In this document: in pieces, positions 20,142-34,405 of the stretch
Layout of the letters: every line of letters begins with the position of its first letter
How positions within the stretch are numbered: the first letter of the stretch is position 1
Assembly: GCA_018400015.1 (NCBI GenBank)
Contig: JAGYNB010000003.1
Location: 5,022-69,021 of the forward strand
Reading direction: 5' to 3'
Length of the DNA stretch: 64,000 nucleotides
Source: Candidatus Omnitrophota bacterium
Lineage (GTDB): Bacteria > Omnitrophota > Gorgyraeia > Gygaellales > Gygaellaceae
Position numbers and translations under genes: made by a program
Notes under the pieces: generated by a model
Databases searched by the model: none
The model's input: only the letters and a program-made list of their open reading frames with translations
What the model was told of the DNA's origin: nothing

Positions 20142-21341
20142 TTATTCTATAATCTCTGAAACAACACCTGCTCCAACAGTATGGCCGCCTTCGCGGATAG
20201 CAAAACGAAGCTCTTTTTCCATAGCTATAGGAACAATCAATTCAGCTTCAATGTCAATATTGTCACCAGGCATAACCATTTCCACTCCTTGGGGGAGTTT
20301 CAATGTCCCGGTAACGTCAGTTGTTCTAAAATAAAACTGAGGCCTGTAGCCAGCGAAAAACGGCGTATGTCTTCCGCCTTCTTCTTTGGTTAAAACGTAT
20401 ATTCTGGCCTTAAACTTTGTATGCGGAGTTATTGAACCAGTTGCTGCCAAAACCATACCGCGTTCTAAGTTATCCTTATCCATGCCTCTTAAAAGCATAC
20501 CTAAGTTATCGCCAGCTTGACCTTCATCAAGTTCTTTTCTGAACATTTCAACACCAGTAACAACACTCTTTTGAACCTCTGGTCTTAGACCAACGATATC
20601 GATATTTTCGCCTACTTTAACCTTACCTCGTTCTACCCTTCCAGTTCCTACTGTACCACGTCCGGAAATAGTAAAAACATCTTCAATACCCATCAAAAAC
20701 GGCTTGTCCAATTCTCGTTTTGGATCAGGTATAAATTCATCCACGGATTTCATAAGCTCTAAGATGGATTTTACATCAGCGTTCTCAGGATCACCAGCAG
20801 CTTCCATGGCTTTTAATGCAGAACCTTTGATAATCGGGGTTTTATCTCCAGGAAAATTGTACTTTGTCAATAATTCCCTGACTTCCATTTCAACAAGGTC
20901 AATAAGCTCTTTATCATCAACCATATCGCATTTATTCAAATAAACAACCATTGCCGGAACGTTAACCTGACGAGCCAATAAAATATGCTCTCTAGTTTGA
21001 GGCATCGGACCATCAGCAGCGGAAACAACAAGAATAGCACCGTCCATCTGGGCAGCACCGGTAATCATATTTTTGATATAGTCGGCGTGACCGGGACAGT
21101 CAATATGCGCATAGTGTCTTTTTTCAGTCTGATACTCTACGTGAGAAATATTAATCGTAACGCCGCGTTCTCTTTCTTCCGGAGCGTTATCAATAGAATC
21201 ATACGTGCGAGTTTCAGCAAAACCCATTTTTGCCAAAGTCATTGTTATTGCAGCTGTCAAAGTTGTCTTACCGTGATCTACGTGTCCTATTGTACCAATA
21301 TTAAGATGAGGCTTTGATCTTACAAACTTTTCTTTAGCCAT
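20142..21341 (-). CDS. tuf: elongation factor Tu
   Basis: [21 protein letters not shown]. Confidence 0.99.
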   Translation of the reverse strand: MAKEKFVRSKPHLNIGTIGHVDHGKTTLTAAITMTLAKMGFAETRTYDSIDNAPEERERGVTINISHVEYQTEKRHYAHIDCPGHADYIKNMITGAAQMDGAILVVSAADGPMPQTREHILLARQVNVPAMVVYLNKCDMVDDKELIDLVEMEVRELLTKYNFPGDKTPIIKGSALKAMEAAGDPENADVKSILELMKSVDEFIPDPKRELDKPFLMGIEDVFTISGRGTVGTGRVERGKVKVGENIDIVGLRPEVQKSVVTGVEMFRKELDEGQAGDNLGMLLRGMDKDNLERGMVLAATGSITPHTKFKARIYVLTKEEGGRHTPFFAGYRPQFYFRTTDVTGTLKLPQGVEMVMPGDNIDIEAELIVPIAMEKELRFAIREGGHTVGAGVVSEIIE

Positions 21342-21372
21342 TTTTAATACCTCCTATTTAAAATTAAATCAA

Positions 21373-23448
21373 TCATAAGTTTACTATCTTTTCCTTTTTA
21401 TGTGAAGGCACCTCAGAGTAATATGAGGGCTCCATTGTATAAGAACCGCGCCCTTGAGTCATTGAGCGTAATATTGTAGCATAATTAAAGATTTCTGCAA
21501 GAGGAATATATCCTCTTATTGCTTTCACGTTTACACGCTGACTCATTGAGACAATTTTAGCACGCCTGGCTGATAAATCTCCGACGACAAAACTAACATA
21601 TTCTTCAGGGACCACTACTTCAATATCCATTATCGGTTCTAATAAAATTGGGCTGGCTTTTTTTAATCCGTCGTTTAATGCAATTGCTGCAGCCATCTTA
21701 AATGCAACATCACTTGAATCAACTTCATGATAAGAACCATCCACTAATGTAACAATTATATCCGTTAAAGGGAATCCCATAATCGGCCCACTTCTTGATG
21801 CATCAATAATTCCTTCTTTTACTGATGAAATAAATTCTTTGGGAATTGCACCTTGTTTAATTCTGTCAACAAATTCTATTCCTTTCCCCGGAGAATCCTG
21901 CGGTTCAATCTGTATCACAACATGACCATACTGACCATGTCCGCCAGACTGCTGAATAAATTTTCCTGTTGAAGAAACTTTCTTTGTTATGGTTTCTTTA
22001 TAGGCAACATGCGGCTGTCCAACATGGGTTGAAACTCCAAATTCTTTTTTAAGCCTGTCTACGATAATATCAAGATGCAACTGACCCATTCCGTGGATCA
22101 AAGTCTGACCTGTTTCTTCATTGTAAGTTACTTTAAAACTTGGATCTTCTTCTTTTATCTTTTTTAATGCCAGGGCGATTTTCTCTTCGTCGGCTTTTAC
22201 TTTAGGCTCAATTGACTGCGCGATTACCGGTTCTGGAAATCTCATCTCTTCTAAAACTATCTGATGCTTTTCATCGCAAAGGGTATCCCCGGTATTAGTA
22301 TCTTTTAATCCTACAATAGCAGCGATATCGCCGGCATAAAGCTCATTAATCTCTTCTTGTCTGTTGGAATGCATCTGCACGATCTTGATCACTCTTTCCT
22401 TTTCTCTAAGATTAGCATTATACACATAAGAACCTTTGGAAAGCCTTCCAGAATAAACCCTTACATAATTGAGCCTGCCAATAAAAGTATCTGTTGCGAT
22501 TTTAAAACATAATGCACAAAAAGGCGCCTTCTCAGAAGTGCTTCTTTCTTCGTACTCGCCTGATTTTGGCTCTTTTCCTTTTATTGCCGGAATATCCTCA
22601 GGAGAAGGAAGATAATCGCAAATCGCATCAAGCAAAGACTGCACTCCCACGTTTTTCAAGCTTGAGCCGCACAAAACCGGAACAAAATCATTACTCAATG
22701 TTGCTTTTCTGATTGTGGCAATTATATCCTTTGCCTCAATAGCGCGATCGTGGACAAAATCATCCATAATCTTATCGTTGAACTCAGAAATCGCTTCTAT
22801 GAGGTCAGCTCTACGTTTTTTAGCCTCTTCGATTAATGCTTCAGGGATTTCTTCAATATAAATATTATTTTTTTCTTCACTTAAAGCAACATATTTAACT
22901 AACTTCATATTAATCAAATCGATTATGTTGCTGAAATTGCTGTAATCGCCAACAGGAAGCTGCACAGAAGCAATTTTCTTACCGAATCTTTTTTTCATTT
23001 GTTCAATAACTGCAAAAAAATCACTGCCAACACGGTCAAGTTTATTTACAAATGCGATTCTTGGAACTTTGTATCTGTCTGCCTGGCGCCATACGGTTTC
23101 AGACTGAGGCTCAACCCCCCCTACACCGCAAAAAACCACAACCGCACCGTCTAAAACCTTTAAAGATCTTTCTACTTCAACAGTAAAATCAACATGGCCA
23201 GGAGTATCGATCAAATTTATCTTACTGTCTCTCCAGAAATAGCTTGTTGCAGCAGATGTTATCGTAATGCCCCGTTCCTGCTCTTGCTGCATCCAATCCA
23301 TTACTGCTGTGCCTTCATCAACTTCACCAAGCTTGTAGGTCTTGCCGGAATAAAATAAAAACCTTTCCGACGTTGTAGTCTTTCCGGCATCGATATGGGC
23401 AATAATGCCAATATTCCTAATTTTATCTAATGGAGTTTTTCTTCCCAT
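21373..23448 (-). CDS. fusA: elongation factor G
   Basis: [26 protein letters not shown]. Start moved to MGRKTPL (691 aa) to avoid overlap with rpsG. Confidence 0.96.
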   Translation of the reverse strand: MGRKTPLDKIRNIGIIAHIDAGKTTTSERFLFYSGKTYKLGEVDEGTAVMDWMQQEQERGITITSAATSYFWRDSKINLIDTPGHVDFTVEVERSLKVLDGAVVVFCGVGGVEPQSETVWRQADRYKVPRIAFVNKLDRVGSDFFAVIEQMKKRFGKKIASVQLPVGDYSNFSNIIDLINMKLVKYVALSEEKNNIYIEEIPEALIEEAKKRRADLIEAISEFNDKIMDDFVHDRAIEAKDIIATIRKATLSNDFVPVLCGSSLKNVGVQSLLDAICDYLPSPEDIPAIKGKEPKSGEYEERSTSEKAPFCALCFKIATDTFIGRLNYVRVYSGRLSKGSYVYNANLREKERVIKIVQMHSNRQEEINELYAGDIAAIVGLKDTNTGDTLCDEKHQIVLEEMRFPEPVIAQSIEPKVKADEEKIALALKKIKEEDPSFKVTYNEETGQTLIHGMGQLHLDIIVDRLKKEFGVSTHVGQPHVAYKETITKKVSSTGKFIQQSGGHGQYGHVVIQIEPQDSPGKGIEFVDRIKQGAIPKEFISSVKEGIIDASRSGPIMGFPLTDIIVTLVDGSYHEVDSSDVAFKMAAAIALNDGLKKASPILLEPIMDIEVVVPEEYVSFVVGDLSARRAKIVSMSQRVNVKAIRGYIPLAEIFNYATILRSMTQGRGSYTMEPSYYSEVPSHKKEKIVNL

Positions 23449-23503
23449 AGTATCAATGATATTTTCTTTTGTATATAATAAACCGCTTGTTAAACGGTTA
23501 ATA

Positions 23504-23974
23504 TTACCATCTAAAATGCGCAAACGCCTTGTTTGCTTCTGCCATTTTGTGAGTATCATCTCGCTTCTTTATTGCTGGGCCTTCTGATTTATAAGCAAGC
23601 AGTATCTCTTCGGCAAGCTTTTCTCTCATTGCTTTACCTTTTTTAGCCTTGGCAAAATCCCTAATCCAACGCATAGCCAAAGAAATCCCGCGTTCATGTT
23701 TTACTTCTATCGGTACCTGATAAGTTGCCCCACCGACCCTCCGAGGTTTTACCTCAATTTGAGGCCTTGCGTTATCAAGCGCCTTATTAAAAATCTTTAA
23801 TGCATCCTGCTCGTTAAGTTTTTTGGTAAGTATATCAAAAGCACCATAAACTATATTTTCTGCAATAGATTTCTTCCCTTGTTCCATGATTATATTTATG
23901 AATTTAGCAACTAACTTTGAATGGAACTTTGGGTCTGATAAAATCTCTCTCTTTTCTGCAGCTCTTCTACGCAT
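23504..23974 (-). CDS. rpsG: 30S ribosomal protein uS7
   Basis: [24 protein letters not shown]. Confidence 0.98.
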   Translation of the reverse strand: MRRRAAEKREILSDPKFHSKLVAKFINIIMEQGKKSIAENIVYGAFDILTKKLNEQDALKIFNKALDNARPQIEVKPRRVGGATYQVPIEVKHERGISLAMRWIRDFAKAKKGKAMREKLAEEILLAYKSEGPAIKKRDDTHKMAEANKAFAHFRW

Positions 23975-23987
23975 AATAATCTCTTCC

Positions 23988-24362
23988 TTATTGTTTAGGT
24001 CTCTTTGCTCCGTATTTCGAACGGCTTCTTCTTCTTTGATTCACTCCAGATGTATCAAGTGAACCTCTTACAATATGATATCTTACGCCGGGTAAATCTT
24101 TTACACGGCCGCCACGCACCAGAACTATGGAATGTTCTTGTAGATTATGCCCTTCACCAGGTATATAACTAGTAACCTCAAAACCACTGGTCAAGCGAAC
24201 CCTGGCGATCTTACGTAATGCAGAGTTAGGTTTTTTTGGTGTCATTGTCTTAACCTGTAAACACACACCGCGTCTTTGAGGACATGCCCTTAATGCGGGA
24301 GATTTACCTTTTTTCTTCTTCGATCTACGGCCATACTTAATTAACTGTGAAATTGTTGGCAT
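23988..24362 (-). CDS. rpsL: 30S ribosomal protein uS12
   Basis: [22 protein letters not shown]. Confidence 0.99.
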   Translation of the reverse strand: MPTISQLIKYGRRSKKKKGKSPALRACPQRRGVCLQVKTMTPKKPNSALRKIARVRLTSGFEVTSYIPGEGHNLQEHSIVLVRGGRVKDLPGVRYHIVRGSLDTSGVNQRRRSRSKYGAKRPKQ

Positions 24363-24365
24363 TTA

Positions 24366-27300
24366 CTATTCCTTTTTTGTTTCTTGAGTTTCGCTATTCT
24401 TTACGCTTTCAGCAACAGCTTTCTCAATATCTACCGTCCTGTGGTCCTTAAATCCAGTTCCGGCTGGAACCAAATGACCGACAATTACGTTTTCTTTAAG
24501 ACCAAACAAGTTATCACGTTTTCCGGCACAAGCAGCCTCTGTTAAAACCCTTGTTGTTTCTTGGAAACTTGCTGCTGAAATAAAACTTTCCGTAGTTAAT
24601 GATGCTTTGGTAATCCCTAAAAGTAACGGCACTGCTGTTGCCTGTTTACCGCCTTTTTTCTTTGCTTTGTCGTTTTCCTGTTTAAAAATCCACTTGTCCA
24701 CTTGTTGTCCAATTAAGAAATCTGTATCCCCAGGTTCTTTTATCCTGACTTTCTTAAGCATCTGTTTGATAATAAGTTCGATGTGTTTATCGTTTATGCT
24801 TACGCCTTGCAAACGGTAAACTTCCTGAACTTCATTTACCAAGTACTCCTGTAATGCCTTATCACCACAGACCTTTAATATATCCTGCAAAACAACCGGT
24901 CCGTCAGTTAACTGCTGTCCGGCTATAACCTTATCTCCTTTATATACATTAGGGTGTTTTCCATGAGGAATAACATACTCTCTAATCATTCCTGTTGCTG
25001 AACGGACAATAATAAGTCTCTGTCCTTTTTTATTTTCACCAAATTCAACAAAACCGTCGATATCGCTAACGATTGCCGGATCCTTTGGTCGACGAGCTTC
25101 AAAAAGCTCTGCAACTCTAGGCAAGCCACCAGTGATATCCCTGGTTTTAACAACCATTCTGGGAATCTTAGCTATTAACTCACCCGCTTCTACTTTATCT
25201 TTATCTTTTACTAATATATGTGCTCCAATCGGCAAAGGATAAATCCCCAAAACCTCATGTCTTTCATCGGTAATGATAATTTGAGGATGAAACTCACTTT
25301 TATGTTCAACAAGAACCCTTTCCATGGTTCCGGTATTAGAATTTATCTCTTCACGCGTGGTCTGTCCTTGTTTTATATCCTCAAATTTTACAAATCCATT
25401 TACTTCGGTTAAAATTGGTGAAGTATAAGGATCCCATTTTACAAATATATCTCCTTTACTCAATGCGCCGCCGTCAGCAAATCTTAAAAAAGCACCCTGC
25501 GGGATTGGATAAAGTTCTAATTCTCTTCCATCTTTATCATTTATGCTAACAGAACCGTTTCTGTTTAAAACAACGAATTCTTTATTTCTTTCAACTGTAC
25601 GCATATTGTGGTACTTGACAAACCCTTCATTTTTAGCTTTTAAGAACGACTGTTCGACGATCCTACTTGCCGTACCGCCGATATGGAATGTACGCATGGT
25701 CAACTGTGTTCCAGGCTCACCGATTGACTGGGCAGCAATAATGCCAACTGCTTCACCTATCTCAACCAATTTACCGGTTGCTAAATTCCTGCCGTAACAT
25801 TTACGGCAAACACCCCTTGGAGACTCACAGGTCAAAACACTACGTATACGGATTTTTTCAATTCCAGCTCTTTCGATTAATTTTGCCATTTCTTCAGTAA
25901 TAATCTGTCCGGCTGCAACAATCACCTGATCACTGACAATATCAACTACGTTATCTAAGGCCACTCGACCTACGATTCTATCTTCTAAACTTACGACGAT
26001 TTCATCTCCTTCGATAATCGCGGCAACCGTAATTCCATTTATTGTTCCACAATCTTCCTCACAAACGATTATTTCCTGTGTAACATCAACAAGCCTTCTA
26101 GTTAAATATCCTGCATCTGCGGTTTTTAAAGCTGTATCAGCAAGACCCTTCCTTGCACCGTGAGTGGAAATAAAATATTCTAATACTGTAAGACCTTCTC
26201 TAAAGTTTGCCGTAATCGGATTCTCCATAATCTCACCAGAGGGTTTTGCCATCAAACCTCTCATGCCGGCAAGCTGTCTTACCTGCAAGCGGGACCCGCG
26301 CGCGCCTGAATTGGCCATCATGTAAATCGGATTAAACACATCCATTTCCCTAAACACCAGATCAGATATCTTATCTGTCGTTCTTGTCCAAATATCAATT
26401 ATATTGTTATAGCGTTCCCTATCGGTAATAATACCTTTTTTATACTGATCTTCTACTTTAGAAACTTCTTTTTGCGCATCTTTTATAACATCGGGCTTCT
26501 GTTTAGGAATAGTGATATCGTCGATACCAATAGAAATACCACCCAATGTTGCGTACTCAAAACCGATCTCTTTCAAATCATCCAATAATTTTACAGTCTG
26601 TGCATGGCCAAATTGAGCATAAAATGCGGCAATAATCTGACGCATATTCTTTTTATTCAATTCTTCGTTTACAAAACCGAATTCGCTAGGTAAAATTTCA
26701 TTAAAAATGATTCTACCGATGGTGGTGATAATTATCTGCGGTTCGTCTGTCTTTTGAAGTTTTTCCATATCGAAAAGATCGTTTACTTTTAGCTTTATTT
26801 TTGAATGCAGATGTATATATCCATCATTATAAGCTGCCATGGCCTCGTCTTTAAAACTAAAGGTAAAATCTTCTGATTTGCTAGCATCTTTTTCTTTGGT
26901 CAAATAAGCGCATCCTAAGATAATATCCTGAGACGGGCTAACAATCGGACGTCCGTCAGCTGGTGAAAATATATTATTTACCGACGACATCAATAATTTA
27001 GCTTCTGTCTGCGCCTCCAGAGACAACGGCACATGTACAGCCATCTGGTCACCGTCAAAGTCAGCATTAAACGCACTACAAACCAATGGATGGATCTTTA
27101 TTGCCTTTCCTTCAATCAAAACAGGCTGAAAAGCCTGCATACTTAATCTATGCAGCGTAGGAGCCCTATTTAATAATACCGGATGGTCTCTTATGACTTC
27201 ATCTAAAATATCCCAAACTTCGATCTTTGCTCTGGAAACCATGCGACGTGCACCTTTTTTGGTATGCACAAAACCTTTTTCTTTTAATTTCTTGATAATA

Positions 27301-28412
27301 AACGGCTCGAACAATTCCAGAGCCATTTGCTTAGGAAGACCGCATTCGCTTAATTTTAAACTCGGCCCTACGACAATAACCGAACGACCGGAATAATCAA
27401 CGCGCTTACCAAGTAAATTTTGTCTAAAACGCCCTTGCTTTCCCTTAAGCATGCCTGAAAGGGATTTTAACGGACGGTTACTGCTTCCCACTACTGGACG
27501 GCCGTGCCTGCCATTATCTAAAAGCGCATCTACTGCTTCTTGAAGCATTCTTTTCTCATTACGAATAATGATATCAGGCGCACTTAAATCCATTAGCTTT
27601 TTAAGCCTATTGTTGCGGTTGATTACCCTTCGGTAAAGATCGTTTAAATCTGACGTAGCAAACCTGCCGCCTTCTAAAGGAACCAAAGGACGCAAATCAG
27701 GAGGCGTAACAGGTAGATAAGTCAAAACCATCCACTCAGCATTATTCCCGGACTTACGGAAATCCTCAATAATCTTAAGGTTCTTAATAAGCCTCATTGC
27801 TGAAGGACCCTCTTTATGTTTATCGATATCTCGTCTGATCTTTTTACATACTTTATCAAGATCGGTTTCTTTCAATAATTCCATTATAGCTTCTGCACCA
27901 ATTTTAGCCTTAAATGCACCGGGATATTTACTAACGGCATCTTGATATTTATCTTCAGTCAAAAGCTCATTTTTCTTCAAAGGAGTTTCCATAGGGTCTA
28001 CCACAATATACTCTTCGTAGTAAATAATTTTCTCTAAGTCTCTTAAGGATAGATCTAAAATAGCAGCCATACGGCTTGGAACTGCTTTAAAAAACCAAAT
28101 ATGAGTTACAGGCGTAGCTAACTCAATATGTCCCATTCTTTCGCGTCTGACAACAGAACGGTCAACTTTTACCCCACAGCGATCGCAAACAATACCTTTA
28201 AATTTAGGCCCTTTGTATTTACCGCAGTTGCACTCATAATCTTTTACTGGGCCAAAAATCTTCTCACAGAACAAACCGTCTTTTTCTGGTTTTAGGCTTC
28301 TGTAATTAATCGTCTCTGCTTTTTTTACCTCTCCGTGACTCCAAGACTTGATCACGTCAGGTGCAGCGATTTTGATCGAGATACTATCGAATAATACAGG
28401 CTCTTCAATCAT
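24366..28412 (-). CDS. rpoC: RNA polymerase beta' subunit
   Basis: NADFDGD, Zn ribbon, TQLTMRTFH. Confidence 0.99.
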   Translation of the reverse strand: MIEEPVLFDSISIKIAAPDVIKSWSHGEVKKAETINYRSLKPEKDGLFCEKIFGPVKDYECNCGKYKGPKFKGIVCDRCGVKVDRSVVRRERMGHIELATPVTHIWFFKAVPSRMAAILDLSLRDLEKIIYYEEYIVVDPMETPLKKNELLTEDKYQDAVSKYPGAFKAKIGAEAIMELLKETDLDKVCKKIRRDIDKHKEGPSAMRLIKNLKIIEDFRKSGNNAEWMVLTYLPVTPPDLRPLVPLEGGRFATSDLNDLYRRVINRNNRLKKLMDLSAPDIIIRNEKRMLQEAVDALLDNGRHGRPVVGSSNRPLKSLSGMLKGKQGRFRQNLLGKRVDYSGRSVIVVGPSLKLSECGLPKQMALELFEPFIIKKLKEKGFVHTKKGARRMVSRAKIEVWDILDEVIRDHPVLLNRAPTLHRLSMQAFQPVLIEGKAIKIHPLVCSAFNADFDGDQMAVHVPLSLEAQTEAKLLMSSVNNIFSPADGRPIVSPSQDIILGCAYLTKEKDASKSEDFTFSFKDEAMAAYNDGYIHLHSKIKLKVNDLFDMEKLQKTDEPQIIITTIGRIIFNEILPSEFGFVNEELNKKNMRQIIAAFYAQFGHAQTVKLLDDLKEIGFEYATLGGISIGIDDITIPKQKPDVIKDAQKEVSKVEDQYKKGIITDRERYNNIIDIWTRTTDKISDLVFREMDVFNPIYMMANSGARGSRLQVRQLAGMRGLMAKPSGEIMENPITANFREGLTVLEYFISTHGARKGLADTALKTADAGYLTRRLVDVTQEIIVCEEDCGTINGITVAAIIEGDEIVVSLEDRIVGRVALDNVVDIVSDQVIVAAGQIITEEMAKLIERAGIEKIRIRSVLTCESPRGVCRKCYGRNLATGKLVEIGEAVGIIAAQSIGEPGTQLTMRTFHIGGTASRIVEQSFLKAKNEGFVKYHNMRTVERNKEFVVLNRNGSVSINDKDGRELELYPIPQGAFLRFADGGALSKGDIFVKWDPYTSPILTEVNGFVKFEDIKQGQTTREEINSNTGTMERVLVEHKSEFHPQIIITDERHEVLGIYPLPIGAHILVKDKDKVEAGELIAKIPRMVVKTRDITGGLPRVAELFEARRPKDPAIVSDIDGFVEFGENKKGQRLIIVRSATGMIREYVIPHGKHPNVYKGDKVIAGQQLTDGPVVLQDILKVCGDKALQEYLVNEVQEVYRLQGVSINDKHIELIIKQMLKKVRIKEPGDTDFLIGQQVDKWIFKQENDKAKKKGGKQATAVPLLLGITKASLTTESFISAASFQETTRVLTEAACAGKRDNLFGLKENVIVGHLVPAGTGFKDHRTVDIEKAVAESVKNSETQETKKE

Positions 28413-31400
28413 TTCTTAGAACCTTCCTTTTCTGTTCTTATATCCAAACATAATGCTTGTAATTCTTTTATTAATACATTGAACGATTCCGGTGTGCCGG
28501 GTGAAAAACGCTGTTCCCCCTTGACTATCGCTTCATAAATATGCATTCTTCCGGAAACATCGTCACTTTTTACCGTAAGCATTTCCTGTAAGTTAAAAGC
28601 TGCCCCATAAGCTTCTAATGCCCAAACTTCCATTTCGCCAAGTCTTTGTCCGCCAAATTGAGCTTTTCCACCTAAGGGCTGCTGTGTGACCAGAGAGTAC
28701 GGACCAATCGAACGGGCATGAATCTTCTCATCGACAAGATGAATAAGTTTCAGCATATACATGAAACCAACAGTAACTTTCTGATCAAACGAATGTCCGC
28801 TGTAACCATCATGAAGCGTAATCTTGCCATCTTCTGGTAAATTTGCGCTCTTGAGCATCTGCTTAATCTCTTCTTCTCTGGCGCCGTCAAAAACAGGAGA
28901 AAGAAAATGCATATTGAGCTGTTTTGCAACCCAGCCAAGATGGGTTTCTAAAATCTGCCCAACGTTCATACGTGAAGGAACACCTAACGGATTTAACACG
29001 ATATCAACCGGTGTCCCATCTGGCATAAATGGCATATCTTCTTCAGGTACGATTCTTGAAACAACACCTTTATTCCCATGACGCCCAGCCAGTTTATCAC
29101 CTGCTGCAAGTCTACGCTTTGTAGCAACATAAACTACAACTCGTTTTAACACGCCGGCAGGAAGCACATCACCGCGCTTTACTCTTTCGATTTCCTGAAT
29201 CAATTCTGCTTCCAGGTCTTTAAGCTGCTCATCATAAGAATCTGATACTATTTTAGCTTCTTCGTTTGCATTTATATTAACCAAACCGACTTTTTCTTTT
29301 TTAACCTTTAAAATCTCACTTAAAGCCCTGAGTTTTTCTTCTTCCACAAGCCTGATCTCTTCTTTGTAGTATTCTTTAAGTTTTCTGACTTTAGCCAATT
29401 CTTTGCTTTTTTGTTCTTTGGATTTACGTCCTTTTTCCTTACTTTGAAATACATGTATGTCAATTACCACACCGTCTACACCCGGAGGAACGTTTAAAGA
29501 AGTATCCCTTACGTCTCTTGCTTTTTCAGCAAATATTGCGCGCAATAACCTTTCTACCGGTGAAAGTTCAGATTCTGTTTTAGGAGTAATTTTGCCAACT
29601 AGGATATCTCCAGGATGGATCTCTGCACCGACACGTATTATGCCGCTTGCGTCTAAATCTTTAAGGGCCTCTTCGGATACATTAGGAATATCTCTGGTGA
29701 TTTCCTCATTGCCAAGCCTAGTTTCAACTGCTTCTATTTCGAATTTTTCTATATGTACGCTGGTTAAAGCATCATCTTTTACGACTTTTTCGCTTACGAT
29801 AATTGCATCCTCGAAGTTATATCCTCTCCAAGGCATAAAGGCAACCAACAAATTTCTGCCTAATGCCAGTTTTCCATTATCTGTTGCCATACCGTCAGCT
29901 ATAATCTGCCCTTCTGTAACCTTATCGCCTACCTTTACCAAAGGTCTTTGATTAACGCATGTATCGGAATTCGTTCTTTGGAACTTAAATAAATCATATT
30001 TAATCTTACCTATTATTATATGGTTGGCATCAACTTCTCTTACCCTTCCAGAATTCTCTGCTGTTAAGACTGCCTTTGAATCTACTGCAACTTTTTCTTC
30101 CATTGCAGTCCCAATTAACGGCTCTTCCGGAAAAAGTAAAGGCACTGCCTGACGCTGCATATTACTTCCCATCAAAGCTCGGTTAGCATCATCGTGTTCT
30201 AAGAAAGGTATCAAAGAAGCTGCAACAGAGACCAACTGCTTGGGAGAAACATCCATATGGGTTATGCCTTTTGGTGTAATTCTAGGAAAATTACCATTGA
30301 ATCTACAGGAAACATCATCGTTTAAAAAACTTCCGCCTTCATCTAATGGTGCATTTGCCTGGGCAATAACTTTATTTTCTTCTTTATCTGCTGTAAGATA
30401 CTCCACAGACTTGGAGGCTTTTCCATCCTTAACTTTTCGATAAGGTGTTTCCAAAAATCCTAACGGGTTAACTTGAGTAAAAGTAGCCAATGAAGAAATC
30501 AAACCGATATTGGGACCTTCCGGAGTTTCAATAGGACAAATTCTTCCATAGTGAGACTGATGCACGTCTCTAACCTCAAAACCAGCTCTTTCACGAGATA
30601 AACCTCCTGGACCTAGAGCTGAAAGCCTTCTTTTATGAGTAGTCTCTGCCAAAGGATTAATCTGATCAAGAAATTGGGAAAGCTGGCTCCTGCCGAAAAA
30701 ATCCCTTATCTGACTGGAAAGCAGCTTGGAATTTATCAAATGATGTATGCTTATATTTTTTAAATCTACTGCGATGGCAAGACGTTCTCTTATAGAACGT
30801 TCTATTCTTGCAAGGCCAATTCTTATTTGATTCTGAATCAACTCTCCAACACTTTTTACGCGCCTGTTTCCTAGATGATCGATATCATCGATCTGTCCCT
30901 TGCCGTCTTTAAGCAAAATCAGATATTCAATTGTTTTAATAACGCTTTGATGGTCTAAAACTTTATTATCTAAAGGAACATCAATTCCCAGTTTTCTGTT
31001 TAAAATAAATCTACCCACACGTTTTAATTCATAACGCTTAGGGTCAAAAAATAATCTGAAGAATAACTCTTCCGCTGCCTCTAAAGTAACGGGCTCGGTA
31101 GGACGCATTTTCCTGTAAAAATCAGTCAATGCCTCCTCTTTTGATTTAGTAGTATCTTTTTTTAAAGTATTGTGAATCTGTACGTAATCTGCTGAAAATG
31201 CTTTTATGATTTGCTCATCGGTGGAATAACCCATAATGCGAAGTATCTGGGTTGCGGGGAAATTACGACGCCTGTCAACATAAGCAAGTATAACATCGTT
31301 AATATCATATTTGAACTCAAGCCAAGCGCCTCTATAGGGAATAATTCTGCCATAAAAAAGTTTTTTGCCTGTCTGATGCATCTCCTCTTCAAACGTTAGT

Positions 31401-31828
31401 CCGGGAGATCTCTGCAATTGGCTTACTACTACACGTTCATCGCCATTGATAATGAACGTTCCCTTATCGGTCATTAAAGGCAATTCTCCAAAATAAGCCT
31501 CTTGTTCTTTGGTCTCATGCAAAGTTATCAAACGAAACCGTACCTTTAAGGAAGCTGAATAAGTAATATCTCTTTTTCTACATTCTGCCACATCATATTT
31601 AGGCTTTCCTAATGAATAACTGACGAATTCTATGCGTACATTCTTGTCAAAGCTTTCAATAGGAAACACATCCGCAAAAGCCTCCTGTAAACCATGCATT
31701 TGCCTTTCACTTACAGGAGTATCCATCTGAAAAAAGTCCTTACAACTTTTTACCTGCACGTCCAACAGATGCGGCATGTTGTACACTTCTTTAATCTTAG
31801 CAAAGTTCTTATATTTTGCCATAGTCAT
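28409..31828 (-). CDS. rpoB: RNA polymerase beta subunit (compact, 1139 aa)
   Basis: [33 protein letters not shown]. Confidence 0.99.
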   Translation of the reverse strand: MTMAKYKNFAKIKEVYNMPHLLDVQVKSCKDFFQMDTPVSERQMHGLQEAFADVFPIESFDKNVRIEFVSYSLGKPKYDVAECRKRDITYSASLKVRFRLITLHETKEQEAYFGELPLMTDKGTFIINGDERVVVSQLQRSPGLTFEEEMHQTGKKLFYGRIIPYRGAWLEFKYDINDVILAYVDRRRNFPATQILRIMGYSTDEQIIKAFSADYVQIHNTLKKDTTKSKEEALTDFYRKMRPTEPVTLEAAEELFFRLFFDPKRYELKRVGRFILNRKLGIDVPLDNKVLDHQSVIKTIEYLILLKDGKGQIDDIDHLGNRRVKSVGELIQNQIRIGLARIERSIRERLAIAVDLKNISIHHLINSKLLSSQIRDFFGRSQLSQFLDQINPLAETTHKRRLSALGPGGLSRERAGFEVRDVHQSHYGRICPIETPEGPNIGLISSLATFTQVNPLGFLETPYRKVKDGKASKSVEYLTADKEENKVIAQANAPLDEGGSFLNDDVSCRFNGNFPRITPKGITHMDVSPKQLVSVAASLIPFLEHDDANRALMGSNMQRQAVPLLFPEEPLIGTAMEEKVAVDSKAVLTAENSGRVREVDANHIIIGKIKYDLFKFQRTNSDTCVNQRPLVKVGDKVTEGQIIADGMATDNGKLALGRNLLVAFMPWRGYNFEDAIIVSEKVVKDDALTSVHIEKFEIEAVETRLGNEEITRDIPNVSEEALKDLDASGIIRVGAEIHPGDILVGKITPKTESELSPVERLLRAIFAEKARDVRDTSLNVPPGVDGVVIDIHVFQSKEKGRKSKEQKSKELAKVRKLKEYYKEEIRLVEEEKLRALSEILKVKKEKVGLVNINANEEAKIVSDSYDEQLKDLEAELIQEIERVKRGDVLPAGVLKRVVVYVATKRRLAAGDKLAGRHGNKGVVSRIVPEEDMPFMPDGTPVDIVLNPLGVPSRMNVGQILETHLGWVAKQLNMHFLSPVFDGAREEEIKQMLKSANLPEDGKITLHDGYSGHSFDQKVTVGFMYMLKLIHLVDEKIHARSIGPYSLVTQQPLGGKAQFGGQRLGEMEVWALEAYGAAFNLQEMLTVKSDDVSGRMHIYEAIVKGEQRFSPGTPESFNVLIKELQALCLDIRTEKEGSKK

Positions 31829-31855
31829 GAATTATCCCTTATTTAAAGGTTAAAA

Positions 31856-32233
31856 TTACTTAAGCTCTACCGCGGCACCAGCTGCTTCAAGCTTCTTTTT
31901 GAGCTCTTCAGCTTCTGCCTTAGGAAGACTTTCTTTGACTGGCTTCGGAGCTGACTCAACCAAGTCTTTTGCTTCTTTAAGTCCAAGGTTTGTCGCAGCC
32001 CTTACTTCTTTGATAACAGCAATCTTATTACTTCCTGCAGAAGTCAAAACAACATTAAAAATTGTTTTTTCTTCCTCTGCTGCTGCTGTACCTGCTGCTG
32101 CACCTGCTGCTGCCATTACCGGCATTGCGGCGCTGACACCGAATTTCTCTTCAAGTGCCTTGACTAAATCGGCAAGCTCCAAAACACTCATCGATTCAAT
32201 TGAACCCATAATGTCCTGAATTTTGTCTGCCAT
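31856..32233 (-). CDS. rplL: 50S ribosomal protein bL12
   Basis: [20 protein letters not shown]. Confidence 0.98.
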   Translation of the reverse strand: MADKIQDIMGSIESMSVLELADLVKALEEKFGVSAAMPVMAAAGAAAGTAAAEEEKTIFNVVLTSAGSNKIAVIKEVRAATNLGLKEAKDLVESAPKPVKESLPKAEAEELKKKLEAAGAAVELK

Positions 32234-32766
32234 TATTTGCTCCTTTCCTTATTCTTCTTTATCTGTTCTAAAGCAACTAAAAACTTTTTCATTATACCCG
32301 ATAACACAAAAACTAAATTGTTTATTGGTGCCTTTATACCAAAGACTACCTGTGCGATTAAAACATCTTTTGCGGGAAGTTTGGCGATATCAACTATGGT
32401 TGTTTTTTCAATCGGCTTTTCCTGGAAAAATCCACCCTGAAGCTTAAGATTTTCGTTTTCATTCGCAAAGTCAACCAAAACCTTAGAAACACTAACTATG
32501 TCTTCTTTTGCAAATACAAAAGCGGTTGGCCCGTCAACAAATTTAATAAGATCTTTTTTATCCATCTTTTCCAAAAGTCTTTTGGCAACGGTATTTTTTG
32601 TAATAAACAACCTAGCATCAATCTGTTTGAGGTTTTTTCTTAAGTTATTCATTGACAAACCGTTTATTCCAGAATACTGCAGGAAAAAGAAGGCATTTGA
32701 ATCTTTTATGTCTTTTTCAATGCGCGAAGTAAATAAATCTTTTATGAGTAATCCGACTTTTTTCAT
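32233..32766 (-). CDS. rplJ: 50S ribosomal protein uL10
   Basis: LRKNL, KNT, GPTA, AKLP; operon position. Confidence 0.94.
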   Translation of the reverse strand: MKKVGLLIKDLFTSRIEKDIKDSNAFFFLQYSGINGLSMNNLRKNLKQIDARLFITKNTVAKRLLEKMDKKDLIKFVDGPTAFVFAKEDIVSVSKVLVDFANENENLKLQGGFFQEKPIEKTTIVDIAKLPAKDVLIAQVVFGIKAPINNLVFVLSGIMKKFLVALEQIKKNKERSK

Positions 32767-32770
32767 TGAA

Positions 32771-33448
32771 TTAATTGATTTGCAAGGCCGGGGACATTGT
32801 TGCAGAAATAAAAACCTTCTTGATAAAGTTTCCCTTTACCGTAGAAGGTCTACTTGACTGAACAACTTCCAACACCTTTTTTGCGTTATCTATAATCTGT
32901 TCTTCCGTAAATGAAATCTTACCGATTCCTACATGAACGCCGCTTAGTTTATCCGATTTAAAATCTATCTTGCCTGCTTTAGCTTCTTTCACTGCCTTTT
33001 CAATATCGTTGGTAACTGAACCGGTCTTTGGAGATGGCATAAGGCCTCTTGGACCTAAAACTTTTCCCAGTTTAGCTAAATCCTTCATCATCTCAGGAGT
33101 AGCTATAATCTTGTCAAAATCCATCCAGCCATTGCTTATCTTCTCAATTAAATCCATACCTCCGATATATTCTGCGCCTGCTTCTTTTGCCTGCGATTCA
33201 TGAGCCCCTTTGCAGATTACGACAACGCTGATCTTCTTTCCTGTTCCATGTGGCAGTTTTATGCCGCCTCTGACCATCTGGTCTGATTTTTTTGGGTCGA
33301 TATTAAGATGAAAATGCAATTCTACTGTTTCATCAAACTTAACTTTAGGAGTCTTCTTCAATAAAGAAACTGCTTCTTTCAACTGATAAATTTTATTTTC
33401 ATCCACAGTCTCAAGTGCTTTATTATGTCTTTTGCTGAATTTTTTCAT
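32771..33448 (-). CDS. rplA: 50S ribosomal protein uL1
   Basis: KFDETVE, LGPRGLMPSPKTG. Confidence 0.98.
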   Translation of the reverse strand: MKKFSKRHNKALETVDENKIYQLKEAVSLLKKTPKVKFDETVELHFHLNIDPKKSDQMVRGGIKLPHGTGKKISVVVICKGAHESQAKEAGAEYIGGMDLIEKISNGWMDFDKIIATPEMMKDLAKLGKVLGPRGLMPSPKTGSVTNDIEKAVKEAKAGKIDFKSDKLSGVHVGIGKISFTEEQIIDNAKKVLEVVQSSRPSTVKGNFIKKVFISATMSPALQIN

Positions 33449-33450
33449 GA

Positions 33451-33876
33451 TTATTTATTAACTTTTATTCCCATACTTCTGGCAGTGCCTTCGATAATTT
33501 TCTTTGCTTCTTCTAAATTTACTGTATTTAAGTCCGTCATCTTTAATTTAGCGATTTCTTCTACCTGAGCAGCCGTAATTGAACCAATAGTTTCTTTTCC
33601 TGCCTGGCCTGATGCCTTAGCAAGATTACATGCTCGCTTGATCAAAACAGATGAAGGCGGAGTTTTTATAATAAAACTAAAAGATCTGTCTTCATAAACG
33701 CTGATGATTACCGGAACAATAATTCCGTCTTTGTCTTTTGTCTGCTCATTAAACTGCTTACAAAACTGCATTATGTTTACACCGTGCTGTCCCAATGCCG
33801 GTCCAACTGGCGGTGCAGGATTAGCTGCACCTGATGGAACGTGTAATTTTATCTGTGCCTTAACTTTTTTTGCCAT
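33451..33876 (-). CDS. rplK: 50S ribosomal protein uL11
   Basis: [22 protein letters not shown]. Confidence 0.98.
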   Translation of the reverse strand: MAKKVKAQIKLHVPSGAANPAPPVGPALGQHGVNIMQFCKQFNEQTKDKDGIIVPVIISVYEDRSFSFIIKTPPSSVLIKRACNLAKASGQAGKETIGSITAAQVEEIAKLKMTDLNTVNLEEAKKIIEGTARSMGIKVNK

Positions 33877-33877
33877 T

Positions 33878-34405
33878 TTATATTTTCTCTACTTGCCAAA
33901 ATTCAAGCTCAACAGGAGTAGAACGACCGAATATAGAAACTCCTACTTTAAGCTTTCCTTTTTCTGTTGCTACATCTTCGATAACACCGTTAAAATTCAT
34001 AAATGGTCCTTCTGTAACCCTAACAGCCTCTCCTGCCTGAAATAGTACTTTCGGGCTAGGCTTATCAGCAGTATCTTTGGAGCGCTTCATGATATTATCC
34101 ACCTCATCCTGAGGAAGACTTGAAGGTTTTTTGCCTAAGCCGATAAACCCCGTAACGCCTGGGGTTGCCTTAATCGCCAAATATGTAGCCTCGTTTAAAT
34201 CCACCTCAACAAGAATATAGCCAGGGAAGAATTTTCTCTGGCTAATTTTCTTTTTACCGCCTCTAACTTCTGATATCTGTTCTGTAGGAATGAAAACCTC
34301 TCCCAAGGCTTCTTGCAAATGGGAAATCTCCATCCTGCGCATGATCCTAGATTTGACTTTTTCTTCTAAACCGGTCTGAGTGTGCACAACATACCACTTT
34401 TTCAT
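33878..34405 (-). CDS. nusG: transcription factor NusG
   Basis: [18 protein letters not shown] domain, [10 protein letters not shown]. Confidence 0.98.
   Translation of the reverse strand: MKKWYVVHTQTGLEEKVKSRIMRRMEISHLQEALGEVFIPTEQISEVRGGKKKISQRKFFPGYILVEVDLNEATYLAIKATPGVTGFIGLGKKPSSLPQDEVDNIMKRSKDTADKPSPKVLFQAGEAVRVTEGPFMNFNGVIEDVATEKGKLKVGVSIFGRSTPVELEFWQVEKI

Noticed and set aside
23449-23559. 37-aa N-terminal extension of EF-G
   Set aside because: It overlaps rpsG; starting at MGRKTPL gives a normal 691-aa EF-G.
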